From sequence record PX969468.1: a DNA stretch of 64,000 bases. One strand, written 5' to 3'. Source of the DNA: a phage. Shown here one piece after another: positions 1-9,257 of the stretch (position 1 is the first letter of the stretch; each line of letters opens with the position of its first letter). The position numbers and the translations under genes are program-made. Under the pieces are notes generated by a model, which ran no database searches, was not told the DNA's origin, and saw only the letters and a list, made by a program, of their open reading frames with translations.

Positions 1-149
1 AGCTGTTGCAAAAGAAACCGTCCCTGGTTTCTTCTCTTTTGCAGATGAGCTTTGAGTTCGTAACACAACCTTATGAACAGGCTTTCCATCGTCCCATACA
101 ACGCAAGCTGTGTGTGTCAACGACTGGTCTATGGATAATAGACGCTCTC

Positions 150-485
150 TCATGCTTCCTCATCCTCCTCTCCTTCATCAGGAGCATAAGCCTTATCTTT
201 GAACAAGACGAGAGAGCAAAGCTTAACATCTGTTTCCACACTGGTGAACATGCATAACCGCTCGCCCTCAATCAGCTCACAATCCTCTTTTAAAACAGCA
301 GACCATACACGGTCATCTGCGTAATCATCCGTGTACAGGATGTATGAAATGGTGTCATCTTCATACAACCGCCACATACCTGTGGCAACAACGAATGTGT
401 TTTTTGTTTTAAGTGTCCCTGTTGTATGATCATCCTCAAAAACAGCTTCCATAATTGCGTTATCTACAGCATTTTTAGTCATCAA
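150..485 (-). CDS. hypothetical protein (acidic C-terminus)
   Basis: 111-codon ORF; its start overlaps the stop of the upstream exonuclease gene (operon-style ATGA overlap); no recognisable motif. Confidence 0.4.
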   Translation of the reverse strand: MMTKNAVDNAIMEAVFEDDHTTGTLKTKNTFVVATGMWRLYEDDTISYILYTDDYADDRVWSAVLKEDCELIEGERLCMFTSVETDVKLCSLVLFKDKAYAPDEGEEDEEA

Positions 486-1621
486 ATTGCTCCAACATTT
501 CTAAGAACATTAACAAGTTTTGTTTGATCATTGAATGTTCGCTTCATATACAAACAGTCAAAAATTATACTCATCCATTGACCTACGGAAATTCTGCGAT
601 CAATACCATTGAAGTCAGTATACTTAACAACACCTTTCGGGAACCACTTCTTGTACTGATCAATAATAGCCACCCACATCTCCTTTGGAGTGCTGCACTG
701 AGACAGTAGGTAGAATGCTGAGGCATCCCCGAACTTACCCTTACCGATAAGTCCTTGATACGGCTTGATATTGTCAGCAGAGTCACCACACAGCATTTGG
801 TATCCGAAGAACAGCATCCCGTAACCACCAACCTCTCCATTAGGCTTCATGAAGATGTTCCCCATACCGTTATCGATCAGCATAGGGGTTTCCCTTACAA
901 AATCTCCCTTATCGTTTCGCATGGGATCGAACACAAGCCCCGGTAGTGTTCTTTGGTCCTTATCAATAGAGATAATAAACTTGTTGAACTTACCTGTTTT
1001 TTGGTAGTGGTTCCAACCTTCAAATTGCTGGATAGCTAACCAGTCGTCAGCCTCGATACCGTTGATCACTTGAGCATTATACTGCTTTTGGAGATACTGT
1101 CTTGCATCTCCAAGCAGCAGTGGTCGAAGAGTATTGTTACGGTTGGCTTTATATCTTTCCGGCATGGGAAGATCTAGTCTGAAATTACCTGTGCCTCCAA
1201 GTACCCCTACGCACCGATCTTCCGGAATACCGAGATAATTAAGGACTGCATTAGCTTTACACTTAATTGTGTGCAAGCAGTTCTCTACAGGATCAGGGGT
1301 TTGGATATCCAAGACATCGAAATCTTCTCGTGTCCACGGAATAAACTCCTTGCCAGCCTTTTTACATGCAGCTTCACGGTTGGTATTCTCAGCTTTTAAC
1401 CAACCACCAACGGTGTTCTTCTGCCGCCCCCAGAACTCTGTTCGTGTTTTAAACATCTTCTTACGTCCGGAGGCTTTGTGTGTTACCTCAATTGTCCTTT
1501 TTTCACAACTTGCTGCAGCTTGATATGCAACCTGATCGAAGTCATAATAAACTATAGCGTCAGGTTCAAGAAGATCAGCCAGACAATCTATGGACTCAAT
1601 AAGTGGATATTCTCTACTCAA
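482..1621 (-). CDS. 5'-3' exonuclease / flap endonuclease-like nuclease
   Basis: 379 codons; G-I-E-A-D-D motif and acidic clusters typical of the 5'-3' exonuclease (FEN/RNase H-like) family. Confidence 0.55.
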   Translation of the reverse strand: MSREYPLIESIDCLADLLEPDAIVYYDFDQVAYQAAASCEKRTIEVTHKASGRKKMFKTRTEFWGRQKNTVGGWLKAENTNREAACKKAGKEFIPWTREDFDVLDIQTPDPVENCLHTIKCKANAVLNYLGIPEDRCVGVLGGTGNFRLDLPMPERYKANRNNTLRPLLLGDARQYLQKQYNAQVINGIEADDWLAIQQFEGWNHYQKTGKFNKFIISIDKDQRTLPGLVFDPMRNDKGDFVRETPMLIDNGMGNIFMKPNGEVGGYGMLFFGYQMLCGDSADNIKPYQGLIGKGKFGDASAFYLLSQCSTPKEMWVAIIDQYKKWFPKGVVKYTDFNGIDRRISVGQWMSIIFDCLYMKRTFNDQTKLVNVLRNVGAI

Positions 1622-1922
1622 AGACCCTCCTGTTAGTTATTCTGCAAGATGGTTGGATGCTGTAATGGAATGCATCATCACTCTCTGCAATAAGTGACTC
1701 AACATCCCAATACTTTTCAAAAAGGAACGGATTAGACCCCCAGTGGTGGGTTATTTTCATCAAGGAGTCTGGTATCATATAACCACAGATCTTAATTACA
1801 TCGCCAGGTTGAATTGTGTTTTCATGAAGGTTGCTTGCCTTCTTCAGAATCATACCTTTATGATTCTCGTTTGCATACAACTGGACAATATCTTTATCTT
1901 CAACAATAAAAATTTTAAGCAT
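1614..1922 (-). CDS. hypothetical protein
   Basis: 102-codon ORF co-oriented and tightly packed in the leftward operon; no motif recognised. Confidence 0.4.
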   Translation of the reverse strand: MLKIFIVEDKDIVQLYANENHKGMILKKASNLHENTIQPGDVIKICGYMIPDSLMKITHHWGSNPFLFEKYWDVESLIAESDDAFHYSIQPSCRITNRRVFE

Positions 1923-1981
1923 ATCTAGTTCTCCTAGTTTATAGATATCTGACCGATAATATCAGATTAATAACACTTTTG

Positions 1982-2275
1982 TCAAGACTTTTTAGTCTTT
2001 CTTGGAGAGCTTTTTGTTGATCTTTTCCTTTTGTGGTAGATTCCAAGTGCAGCGTTTTCTTGGGCGCACGTTTTAACAGTTCTCAGACAAGAACTTTCAG
2101 CTTTAGGCAGGTTTAACTCCCACCAACCAAGCCAGTAAAGTTCTGATTCAGACAACTGCTCAGATTCAGCCTTCCGATACAAGGCTTGCATACCTCTGAT
2201 GATATCGTCCAGAGGTGTATCGAATACAAAAGCTGTCTTATCGAATTTCTCTTTTACAGGTCTCTTAGCCATCAA
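1982..2275 (-). CDS. hypothetical protein with basic C-terminal tail
   Basis: 97 codons; C-terminus KRKRSTKSSPRKTKKS; overlaps next gene by 11 nt. Confidence 0.4.
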   Translation of the reverse strand: MMAKRPVKEKFDKTAFVFDTPLDDIIRGMQALYRKAESEQLSESELYWLGWWELNLPKAESSCLRTVKTCAQENAALGIYHKRKRSTKSSPRKTKKS

Positions 2276-2729
2276 GGTAACCCTCTATCCACGAAAAGTC
2301 AGTCTTCCATTCTGGAACTTTACTAAGCTCACGCCACTCTGCAAAGCAGTCTCTGTAATACGCCTCTGCCATACCTTTGGTGATCTTATTCACCTTAGCC
2401 AACTGATTAACTGCCTGAGCATACTTTCCACGGATATTTGCTAACCCAGGATGCACCGATGTGTGACAATCTGGGCACAACGCTATCAGTCCGACAAGCC
2501 GGATCACTCCATCTTCGAAAGTGTAAAGTTCATGACACTCCACTGGGTGTTTGCTGCCTTTACCGCCGCACACCTCACAGGTGTAGTTGGCTTCTCTATA
2601 GCACTTCTTGCGGATCTTATCCCACTCACTCTTCTTTACAGCGTTTCGGAGGTTATTATACCAAGCTGTTTCTGGGATCAGTTGCACAATAAGCCTGCGT
2701 TCAGACTTCATTAAACGTCCGTCTTCCAC
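2265..2729 (-). CDS. HNH-type zinc-finger nuclease-like protein
   Basis: 154 codons; CEVCGG...HPVECHE...CPDCH arrangement of Cys/His resembling HNH/Zn-ribbon nucleases. Confidence 0.45.
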   Translation of the reverse strand: MEDGRLMKSERRLIVQLIPETAWYNNLRNAVKKSEWDKIRKKCYREANYTCEVCGGKGSKHPVECHELYTFEDGVIRLVGLIALCPDCHTSVHPGLANIRGKYAQAVNQLAKVNKITKGMAEAYYRDCFAEWRELSKVPEWKTDFSWIEGYLDG

Positions 2730-2738
2730 GTATTCTCC

Positions 2739-2945
2739 TCATTCAAAGAAATGGGTGCGAGGACAAGATCCAGCCTCGCCTTGTTTCACAAGCTCGTAGA
2801 GCTCACCTTGACTTGTCTCATAAAGGCAAATACGTTTACCATTGTCCCGGTATACATCGACAAGATACGCTGTTTCACCTGCAAACACGACACCACAGGC
2901 CAGACATGCTGCCATGAACAAAATTGCCAACAGAAAATCTTTCAT
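2739..2945 (-). CDS. small exported protein, possible lipoprotein
   Basis: 68 codons; N-terminal hydrophobic signal-like segment LLAILFMAACLACG with Cys in lipobox-like context, short hydrophilic body with two further Cys. Confidence 0.4.
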   Translation of the reverse strand: MKDFLLAILFMAACLACGVVFAGETAYLVDVYRDNGKRICLYETSQGELYELVKQGEAGSCPRTHFFE

Positions 2946-3008
2946 GGTTAAACCCTCCTAAACATTTTATGAGGTAACAATACCACGTCCGTGTGGTTAT
3001 GTCAATGA

Positions 3009-3770
3009 TCAATCCTTAACACAAGGTCTTGGATAGCCTCTGGATAACTTCCACTCAGTTAGTGACATCTCTCCGTAGAGACAGTTTACTTCCCAAGACT
3101 TTCTTGCACAAACTGCCTCCCACCACGGATTTAGCCACTTCCTGTCGTTGAAGCACCTTAAGTTTCTTCCTTTGTTATCTCGTGCCCTCCAACAGGTATC
3201 TTTCTTAGACCAATCAATACCGGGCAGGATATTATTCTTGTGCGGGTTTGGAACTATCTTTAAAGCCTCTTCCGGGTTGGCTATCGACCATTCAATCCTA
3301 GATTTAGCCTCTTCGAAAGTGTCAAAATCTCCCAACCTAACATTTACCCTATTTATCCTTCTACTTGCCCTCCACTTACCCTCTCTTTTCAGCCATACCA
3401 CACCAGTCACTGTAGAGGTATTATTGCTTTGTACATTTTCCAAGGCTCTCTTACAGTAGTTATCCCATGGCTTCAACATTTGAAGGTTTTCTATCTTGTC
3501 TACAGGCACTCCGTTAGTAGAATTTTTCTTAGATACGATATGATCGATATGCCAAGTATCTGTGACACATCCGTAAAACATGTCAAAAATTTCCCTATGT
3601 CTGCCACGTTTAACATTTGTCAGCTTATTGTACACTTGGAAATATCCAGTCTTTTTGTTGTAGTGTCCAGCCCTATTTCCATTCCTACTGTAGCCAGGTT
3701 TCCAAAAGATTAGATCACCATCCTTGTACCAATAAGGGTAATGATCATTAAAAAAGAAATGTATCTTCAT
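3009..3770 (-). CDS. HNH homing endonuclease with AP2-like DNA-binding domain
   Basis: 253 codons; H-I-D-H...N HNH core followed by segment GVVWLKREGKWRASRRINRVNVRLGDFDTFEEA typical of AP2 domains fused to phage HNH endonucleases. Confidence 0.6.
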   Translation of the reverse strand: MKIHFFFNDHYPYWYKDGDLIFWKPGYSRNGNRAGHYNKKTGYFQVYNKLTNVKRGRHREIFDMFYGCVTDTWHIDHIVSKKNSTNGVPVDKIENLQMLKPWDNYCKRALENVQSNNTSTVTGVVWLKREGKWRASRRINRVNVRLGDFDTFEEAKSRIEWSIANPEEALKIVPNPHKNNILPGIDWSKKDTCWRARDNKGRNLRCFNDRKWLNPWWEAVCARKSWEVNCLYGEMSLTEWKLSRGYPRPCVKD

Positions 3771-3796
3771 ATCTCAACACACCTCTGGTGTAGAAA

Positions 3797-3820
3797 GGTA
3801 GGCGAGTGGCCTACCTTTTG
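3797..3820. terminator. hairpin GGTAGGC-loop-GCCTACC with flanking T/A runs downstream of endolysin gene
   Basis: 7-bp perfect stem read directly; T-run on one side. Confidence 0.35.
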
Positions 3821-3824
3821 ATCA

Positions 3825-4322
3825 TTAATCCAGAACAACACCTCCAAACTCTACAAATTTCTTAAGCAACTTGTCAATGGTTTTTGGATTTTGGTCGTAC
3901 TGGTTGTATGGGAACGAAGCCCAAATATTTGAGGTCTTACGTATAGCAGATTTAATATGACCGTTATCTATGTCTTCAAGTGCTTTACGTTCCCTGATCA
4001 ACTGGATTGCCCACTTATCCTGGCTATCTGGTCCAAAATCCGGCAACTTAAGCTGTTTTTTGTAGTGTTCCCAGTATTTGACAAGAAATTGATATTTACC
4101 GCAGGCTGTAGTTCTTTGCCCTTTTGAGTTAAACACTTTACCAGGGCGACCGTTTGCAAAAGGGTGTGTAGAAAAATCTGTAAAGATTTCAGGTTTTCCG
4201 TCCATCCCGTATGCTACAACATCGTATCCTCCACATTTGGTGGCAGGGTGGGTTGTTGTTCCCTCTGCCCAGCCAATAAGATCCAAGAAAGCTTTTCGTT
4301 GAATATTTTTATCAAGTTTCAT
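3825..4322 (-). CDS. endolysin, lambda R-type lytic transglycosylase
   Basis: 165 codons; N-terminal QRKAFLDLIGWAEGT and overall pattern recalled as resembling phage lambda R; no signal peptide. Confidence 0.6.
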   Translation of the reverse strand: MKLDKNIQRKAFLDLIGWAEGTTTHPATKCGGYDVVAYGMDGKPEIFTDFSTHPFANGRPGKVFNSKGQRTTACGKYQFLVKYWEHYKKQLKLPDFGPDSQDKWAIQLIRERKALEDIDNGHIKSAIRKTSNIWASFPYNQYDQNPKTIDKLLKKFVEFGGVVLD

Positions 4323-4464
4323 TTTTCATACTCTCCAGTTCACTCATAACGAGCCCCGATCAGCACCACTGTGTGGTGTGGCTAGGTTGCCCAGTTCATA
4401 CATCAGGGCATATGTAGGTGCAAATTGAAAACACTTATTCAATTGGCTACTAAACATACCTAAA

Positions 4465-5748
4465 TTATTCCAGCACCTCCCAAGTGTCTGGGTTAACATT
4501 TCGGACGCAGATACCGACAGGGAATTGGTAGTTATTGTCTTCTGTCCTTGCTTGATATTTGAAGGTGACAAACTTGCCGATCATTTCCTGCATTCTGTCA
4601 TAGCTACGCTCCTCGTGCGTACCTTTCATCTTCATTTTAACAACAATACCTTCCTTGTCAACACAGATAAGAACACCTTCATCATTCTTATCTTTCTCAA
4701 CGTCAATAACTTTCACCTCTGCGTCGTTGAACTTTTTCCATTTCAATGCTTCAGATGTTCGCTGACCGTACTCGTATTTACCGCAGAAATTACGCATGAT
4801 AGTACCTTCATATCCTTCGGACATGAATATACCAACAGATTCTTCGCAATGATCAACTGTGTACGCAAGCTCTGCGTCAACAACCTTGATATGGTCAAGC
4901 ATCAGAGTGGTAACGGTATCCTCTGCATCCATAAGATCCTTGCAGCGTCCAGACTCTGTTTCTGGATCCCACCACACCTTGTCGCTAGGAATATCAAAAA
5001 TGTGATACTCCAGATCGTAGCTACAGTACCCACCGTAACGCAAATCATCACGAACAGGCTCAACATCGACAGGAATATCTACCTTGTTGAAGTTTTTGTA
5101 TGTTGATAAGCCTGCCTTAATTGCGGCATGACGGCGTTTTTTATCTGCCTCATAGTCTTTATCGATCTCGGCCTGAATCTCTTCCTGTGTGCGCCACCGT
5201 TTAGCAAGAGACACTATTTTCTGCAAAGGAAGACCATGAATGTATAGTTCCCCATCAAGTTGTTTAATCCCAGTGGTAGAATGGAAAGAACGAAGTTGCT
5301 CTAAAAGCTTTCCTTGAATAGGGTAGGACTTATTACCACGGGAAATAAATTTAGGCTCACCGTTTTGGAAAACAACTAGTAGACGAAGGCCATCTAACTT
5401 ACGCAAGATCCAGCAAGGTAATTTAAGTGCCTTTCCACGCTTCAGGTAGTCATGCACCAGCATGGGTAAAAGGTCAACACCCTGCTCGCAATCTTCCATA
5501 TTTTCAACATACCCCAGACGGACTTGTTTTTCCCACTTACTGATCGCTTCCAGCTCAGCCTGTTGCTCAGCTGTAGTTTCATTGGCACGACCCACGTTCT
5601 TAGGTGTGCAGATCGTCTCTTTGTATTGCAGTTTACCATCAAGCTTGCCAAACTCTACGATAACCTTATCACCATCCGTGAATACTTTCCACTGTTGGTA
5701 GCTGCCATCTTTATTCAGTGCGTACAGTGTTGTTTTGATTTGATGCAT
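4465..5748 (-). CDS. ATP-dependent DNA ligase
   Basis: 427 codons; adenylation motif K-L-D-G (KxDG) in RKLDGLRLLVV plus downstream ligase-like motifs. Confidence 0.65.
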   Translation of the reverse strand: MHQIKTTLYALNKDGSYQQWKVFTDGDKVIVEFGKLDGKLQYKETICTPKNVGRANETTAEQQAELEAISKWEKQVRLGYVENMEDCEQGVDLLPMLVHDYLKRGKALKLPCWILRKLDGLRLLVVFQNGEPKFISRGNKSYPIQGKLLEQLRSFHSTTGIKQLDGELYIHGLPLQKIVSLAKRWRTQEEIQAEIDKDYEADKKRRHAAIKAGLSTYKNFNKVDIPVDVEPVRDDLRYGGYCSYDLEYHIFDIPSDKVWWDPETESGRCKDLMDAEDTVTTLMLDHIKVVDAELAYTVDHCEESVGIFMSEGYEGTIMRNFCGKYEYGQRTSEALKWKKFNDAEVKVIDVEKDKNDEGVLICVDKEGIVVKMKMKGTHEERSYDRMQEMIGKFVTFKYQARTEDNNYQFPVGICVRNVNPDTWEVLE

Positions 5749-6017
5749 TACTCGGCCTCTTCCTTAAAAATTTTAAACATCTCTTCTTTACTCATTACCA
5801 ACCAGTCTCCCATAAAGTCAACTAACCAATCTCCCTGGTACAAGACTAGGTTACCAAACGGCTCTACAAGCTCACACATGCGACGAAGATCTCTGGTCCG
5901 AACAGGTGACGATGTAAACACACCTGTATCAATCCACCGTTGCAGATCAGATACTGATGAAGAGCTTCCGTCAAACTGGTGTGCTTCTACAGGTTTAGCA
6001 AGATTAAATAACGGCAT
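5748..6017 (-). CDS. hypothetical protein
   Basis: 89-codon ORF tightly packed between neighbours. Confidence 0.35.
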   Translation of the reverse strand: MPLFNLAKPVEAHQFDGSSSSVSDLQRWIDTGVFTSSPVRTRDLRRMCELVEPFGNLVLYQGDWLVDFMGDWLVMSKEEMFKIFKEEAE

Positions 6018-6312
6018 TACAGTCCTCCTTATCTAATAGGTCTTTTATCGGGTAAACAAGCAGGTGTGGATCGTAATAATTTATAGTTTTATTCTGCCAC
6101 ACTATGAACTTAATTACAACTAAATTTACCACATCTTTATCTCCATGTAGTCCAACACACAGATTTGTCCATATTTTGTGGTTGAATACTTTGCTGTCGA
6201 TGTAGATCTTAGTGTCAAACTTATCCTCTATCCTGCCTATGAGTTTAACCAACTCTTTCATCTGATCCCCAAACACAGCATCGTTTTCAAGATCTCTAGA
6301 GTGCTTGTACAT
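6004..6312 (-). CDS. hypothetical protein
   Basis: 102-codon ORF; AGGTAG-type RBS upstream of start on minus strand. Confidence 0.4.
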   Translation of the reverse strand: MYKHSRDLENDAVFGDQMKELVKLIGRIEDKFDTKIYIDSKVFNHKIWTNLCVGLHGDKDVVNLVVIKFIVWQNKTINYYDPHLLVYPIKDLLDKEDCNAVI

Positions 6313-6339
6313 AACTTTCTACCTCACTTGCATACTTTC

Positions 6340-6370
6340 CTAAACAAGTAAAGCCGGGATCGCCCCGGCT
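6340..6370 (-). terminator. rho-independent terminator-like hairpin after the MazG-like gene
   Basis: stem GCCGGG/CCCGGC with 5-nt loop followed on the minus strand by T-rich tract. Confidence 0.4.
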
Positions 6371-6376
6371 ATGTTA

Positions 6377-7090
6377 TTAAATATATTCTGTTACATCCTT
6401 GAAGCTTGAAGGCTTCATAATCTTACCTTTACTGTCGAGGAATATGATAACTTTATTTCCGTTGTAGAATTCTTCTTTAGCAACAAAACCTTCATAGCGA
6501 CCATCAAAGCGTCGCTCAAGATCTTTAATCTCCAACTCGATGAGTTGTTCAACAGGCATATCTGCACTGGCACCGTGTGAATACCGCAGATGGTTGACGC
6601 GTGCAAACTTGCTGTCATTAGATTTTAGAACCTTCCGCATCATCCCGCACACATCACCGCGAAGCTGGAACAGCAAAGCTGTTGACAACTCTGCTAAGCG
6701 GTAAGCAGACGCTCTTTGCTTAGAGGTATTTTTCGCAGCGATCAGTGTATCATAAAATTCACCGATCTTAAACTTAAGACCTCGCGGATTATCAAACAGG
6801 TTTGACCACTTTTCATGGTTATCGTTAACAAGATAAGCGGCATAACTTGTGACAACATGAAGATCGCAGGCCTCTTTTAGGAGATGATCCCCACCATCAC
6901 CTTTCTCCAACTCTTCCAAAACCTCATTGAACTCTTCCTCAATGAAACTCAGCTGAAGTTCGAATGGTGTGTATGATTTTTTCACTTTAGCTGCTACACG
7001 GTTCCAGTTTTCCACCCAGTTGGCAGACCAAAGGTAGTTTTCAGGCTGGGACAGTTTTTCCAGGTTGTCGATCAGTTTAGTATTCAGCAT
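6377..7090 (-). CDS. MazG-like nucleotide pyrophosphohydrolase domain protein (tentative)
   Basis: 237 codons; segment EEEFNEVLEELEKGDGGDHLLKEACDLHVV matches the E-x2-E...E-x-x-D acidic helix pattern of MazG-type enzymes. Confidence 0.4.
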   Translation of the reverse strand: MLNTKLIDNLEKLSQPENYLWSANWVENWNRVAAKVKKSYTPFELQLSFIEEEFNEVLEELEKGDGGDHLLKEACDLHVVTSYAAYLVNDNHEKWSNLFDNPRGLKFKIGEFYDTLIAAKNTSKQRASAYRLAELSTALLFQLRGDVCGMMRKVLKSNDSKFARVNHLRYSHGASADMPVEQLIELEIKDLERRFDGRYEGFVAKEEFYNGNKVIIFLDSKGKIMKPSSFKDVTEYI

Positions 7091-7104
7091 TAAAAGGCCT
7101 CCGC

Positions 7105-7866
7105 TTACAGTTCCATAAAGTTTTCTACGATGTCAATAAATGTTTTATCAGAGAAAGCGTCAACCGCCCCGTTAAACCAAACTGGGATGCCGCGATCCTC
7201 ATATTGATAAAGGTCGCTACGTGAAATGCCGCTTCCATCTGCACTCTGCGAATCATACTTGTTTACAATCAGTAGTTTTGTGCCTTTACAAGTAGCAGGA
7301 AACAATTCCCAGTTAAAATTAATAACTGTGTTAGAACAACCCACCAGAATCACCATATCATTGCTGGTAAGAGATGTCAATAGGTCATACATGTCTGTAT
7401 ACTTAGGAGCAACCTCACCGAAGAACACCACATTGGGCTTAACCCAAGTATACTTGCCTGTATCTACCTCCGTGTATCCGATATTTTTAATTACATCATT
7501 ACCTTCAGCATCTTCGTAGGTGATTTCAGGCAAATACCCGTGGACATGTAAGATATCTTCATGTTTAACACCAGCACGCTCCAGCAAATCATCTATATTG
7601 GTTGTCAGGTTGATCACACGACCAGACCAACGTGAATACCACTCAGCGATCCGGAGATGTGCAAGGTTAGGATCAACACTGCCCAGAGCTACACGCCGTG
7701 CATTGTAAAAGTCATGCACCTTATAGTAGTTCTTGGCAAAGGTGTGGATGTTACACACCTCATCGATGCTGAAATTCTCCCACATTGCAGTTTGACCAGA
7801 ACGAAAAGTTGGGATCCCAGATTCTGCGCTCAAGCCAGCACCAGAAATAACAATAAGTCGTCGCAT
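7105..7866 (-). CDS. Sir2-family (sirtuin-like) NAD-dependent enzyme
   Basis: 253 codons; GAGLSAESGIPTFR, TTNIDDL, HVHG and VKPNVVFFGE motifs in canonical order; no Cys4 zinc ribbon evident. Confidence 0.65.
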   Translation of the reverse strand: MRRLIVISGAGLSAESGIPTFRSGQTAMWENFSIDEVCNIHTFAKNYYKVHDFYNARRVALGSVDPNLAHLRIAEWYSRWSGRVINLTTNIDDLLERAGVKHEDILHVHGYLPEITYEDAEGNDVIKNIGYTEVDTGKYTWVKPNVVFFGEVAPKYTDMYDLLTSLTSNDMVILVGCSNTVINFNWELFPATCKGTKLLIVNKYDSQSADGSGISRSDLYQYEDRGIPVWFNGAVDAFSDKTFIDIVENFMEL

Positions 7867-7874
7867 AAATGTCC

Positions 7875-8225
7875 TTAGTAGATGTTTTGGTTGATCTCTA
7901 TTCCAAACTTCTTGAATGAGTCAGCAGCAAGCATAAATTTACGAGCCGCTGATGGGTTAGAAGTATGCACGAAAATCTTCACGTTGTCAACTACAGGAGG
8001 CTTACCAAATACAAATTTTTCCTCCAACATAGATAGGCAATCGTACCCTTCAAATACCTCTCCAAGATCGTTGTCCATGTGCCACTCAGAAACGCGCCTG
8101 TAGAGCTTTCCCTTATCGTTAATAAAATCCATAAACTCAGAGGAATTCTTTAGCCAAATAGCATCGGGGATCCCATAATTTGACGGATCTCTCAAGTCAT
8201 CCAGCCACACGATCAACTTCTTCAT
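7875..8225 (-). CDS. hypothetical protein, possible receiver-like (flavodoxin-fold) domain
   Basis: 116 codons; alternating hydrophobic strand/acidic loop pattern (LIVWLDD...SEWHMDND...KIFVHTSNP); assignment is pattern-based only. Confidence 0.3.
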   Translation of the reverse strand: MKKLIVWLDDLRDPSNYGIPDAIWLKNSSEFMDFINDKGKLYRRVSEWHMDNDLGEVFEGYDCLSMLEEKFVFGKPPVVDNVKIFVHTSNPSAARKFMLAADSFKKFGIEINQNIY

Positions 8226-9157
8226 TGCATATAGTCCTCGTTGTGGAAATAGCAGTCAAGTATCTCACGGCGTTCCTGCTCTAGGAGGCAGTTCCACACA
8301 TCTTCTGTGTAATTGTTACGAATGAAGTTTACCATGCCGTAAAACTCTTCGTCAATACGTTTAAAGATATCATCATCCCAAATCTTCCAAGCTTTACCCC
8401 TCATTACGGCCTTCCGTGCCAAATAGTATGGAGACTTGATCTTCAGCTGCAGATCATAAGGGTAGTAAGGCTTACGAATCATATACCCTTCACCTCTTGT
8501 TTCTGCAGCTAATTCTTTTGCATAGCTGAACGGAATTTCACGCACAGTGTGAGGACGTTTTGCACCAAGGTATTTGGCAATCCCATCTAAAGCTGCTTCT
8601 GGTAGCATTATTCCAGAATCATTATATCTGCAACCTATCAAATATGCGCCATGATCTTCCTGAACAATATGCGGATCTGAAGGGTGACAAATTTCAAACA
8701 TGAATGTCATGTTTTCATGGCCCATAACCTTCTTGATAAGATCTAAATTACCACATTGCTCCTGGATGGTTTCCTTTGCAAGGTTACAATATGGAGAATC
8801 AAGAGACCCGGTTGTTGAAAACAATAGTTCACCTTTATGAGATGATACCACACCAAGGAATCCGTTCTTTTTCTCTACCGCCGTCACAAGTTTATTGTCA
8901 GGCAGGTTGGTGGAGTTTTCTCCCAAATTAAACACTTTTGTGAAGGGCCATGCCACAACATTTCCTTCATTACCGACAACAATGCCTCGGCACTCTAGTA
9001 AACGCGGAGACAAATGCCATAAATTGTTGTAGAATACTTTTCTGGCATATTTGTAGATCTTTAATCCAAGATCTGGGTAATATCTGCTGGTTACAAGACC
9101 TTTGTCAACCAGGTCGTCTGCATTAAAATACTTCATCATACATTCCTCATTTGTCAT
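8222..9157 (-). CDS. RNA ligase-type covalent nucleotidyltransferase
   Basis: 311 codons; motif I K-x-N-G (EKKNGF), motif IV-like GEGYMIRKP, motif V-like LKIKSPYY; distinct from the DNA ligase at 4465..5748. Confidence 0.55.
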   Translation of the reverse strand: MTNEECMMKYFNADDLVDKGLVTSRYYPDLGLKIYKYARKVFYNNLWHLSPRLLECRGIVVGNEGNVVAWPFTKVFNLGENSTNLPDNKLVTAVEKKNGFLGVVSSHKGELLFSTTGSLDSPYCNLAKETIQEQCGNLDLIKKVMGHENMTFMFEICHPSDPHIVQEDHGAYLIGCRYNDSGIMLPEAALDGIAKYLGAKRPHTVREIPFSYAKELAAETRGEGYMIRKPYYPYDLQLKIKSPYYLARKAVMRGKAWKIWDDDIFKRIDEEFYGMVNFIRNNYTEDVWNCLLEQERREILDCYFHNEDYMQ

Positions 9158-9200
9158 TTTGTCCCTTTATTCTGCCACACAAATAACCTGGTGTCAACAC

Positions 9201-9229
9201 TTGAAATTAACAAAACAGTTAGGTATACT
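9201..9229 (+). promoter_or_regulatory. sigma70-like promoter (TTGAAA-17-TATACT) for the kinase operon
   Basis: hexamers and 17-nt spacer read directly in the divergent intergenic region. Confidence 0.45.
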
Positions 9230-9257
9230 CTCATTAAAATTAAAACGGAGAGTTACT

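Noticed and set aside
1-271. ORFs 6..257 (+) and 71..271 (-) at the left edge
   Set aside because: They overlap the better-supported minus-strand gene 150..485 and have no translation signals; the window edge may truncate a real gene but nothing can be supported.
4344-4571. 75-codon minus-strand ORF next to the endolysin, considered as a holin
   Set aside because: No hydrophobic transmembrane segment, and it overlaps the 3' end of the DNA ligase gene in another frame.
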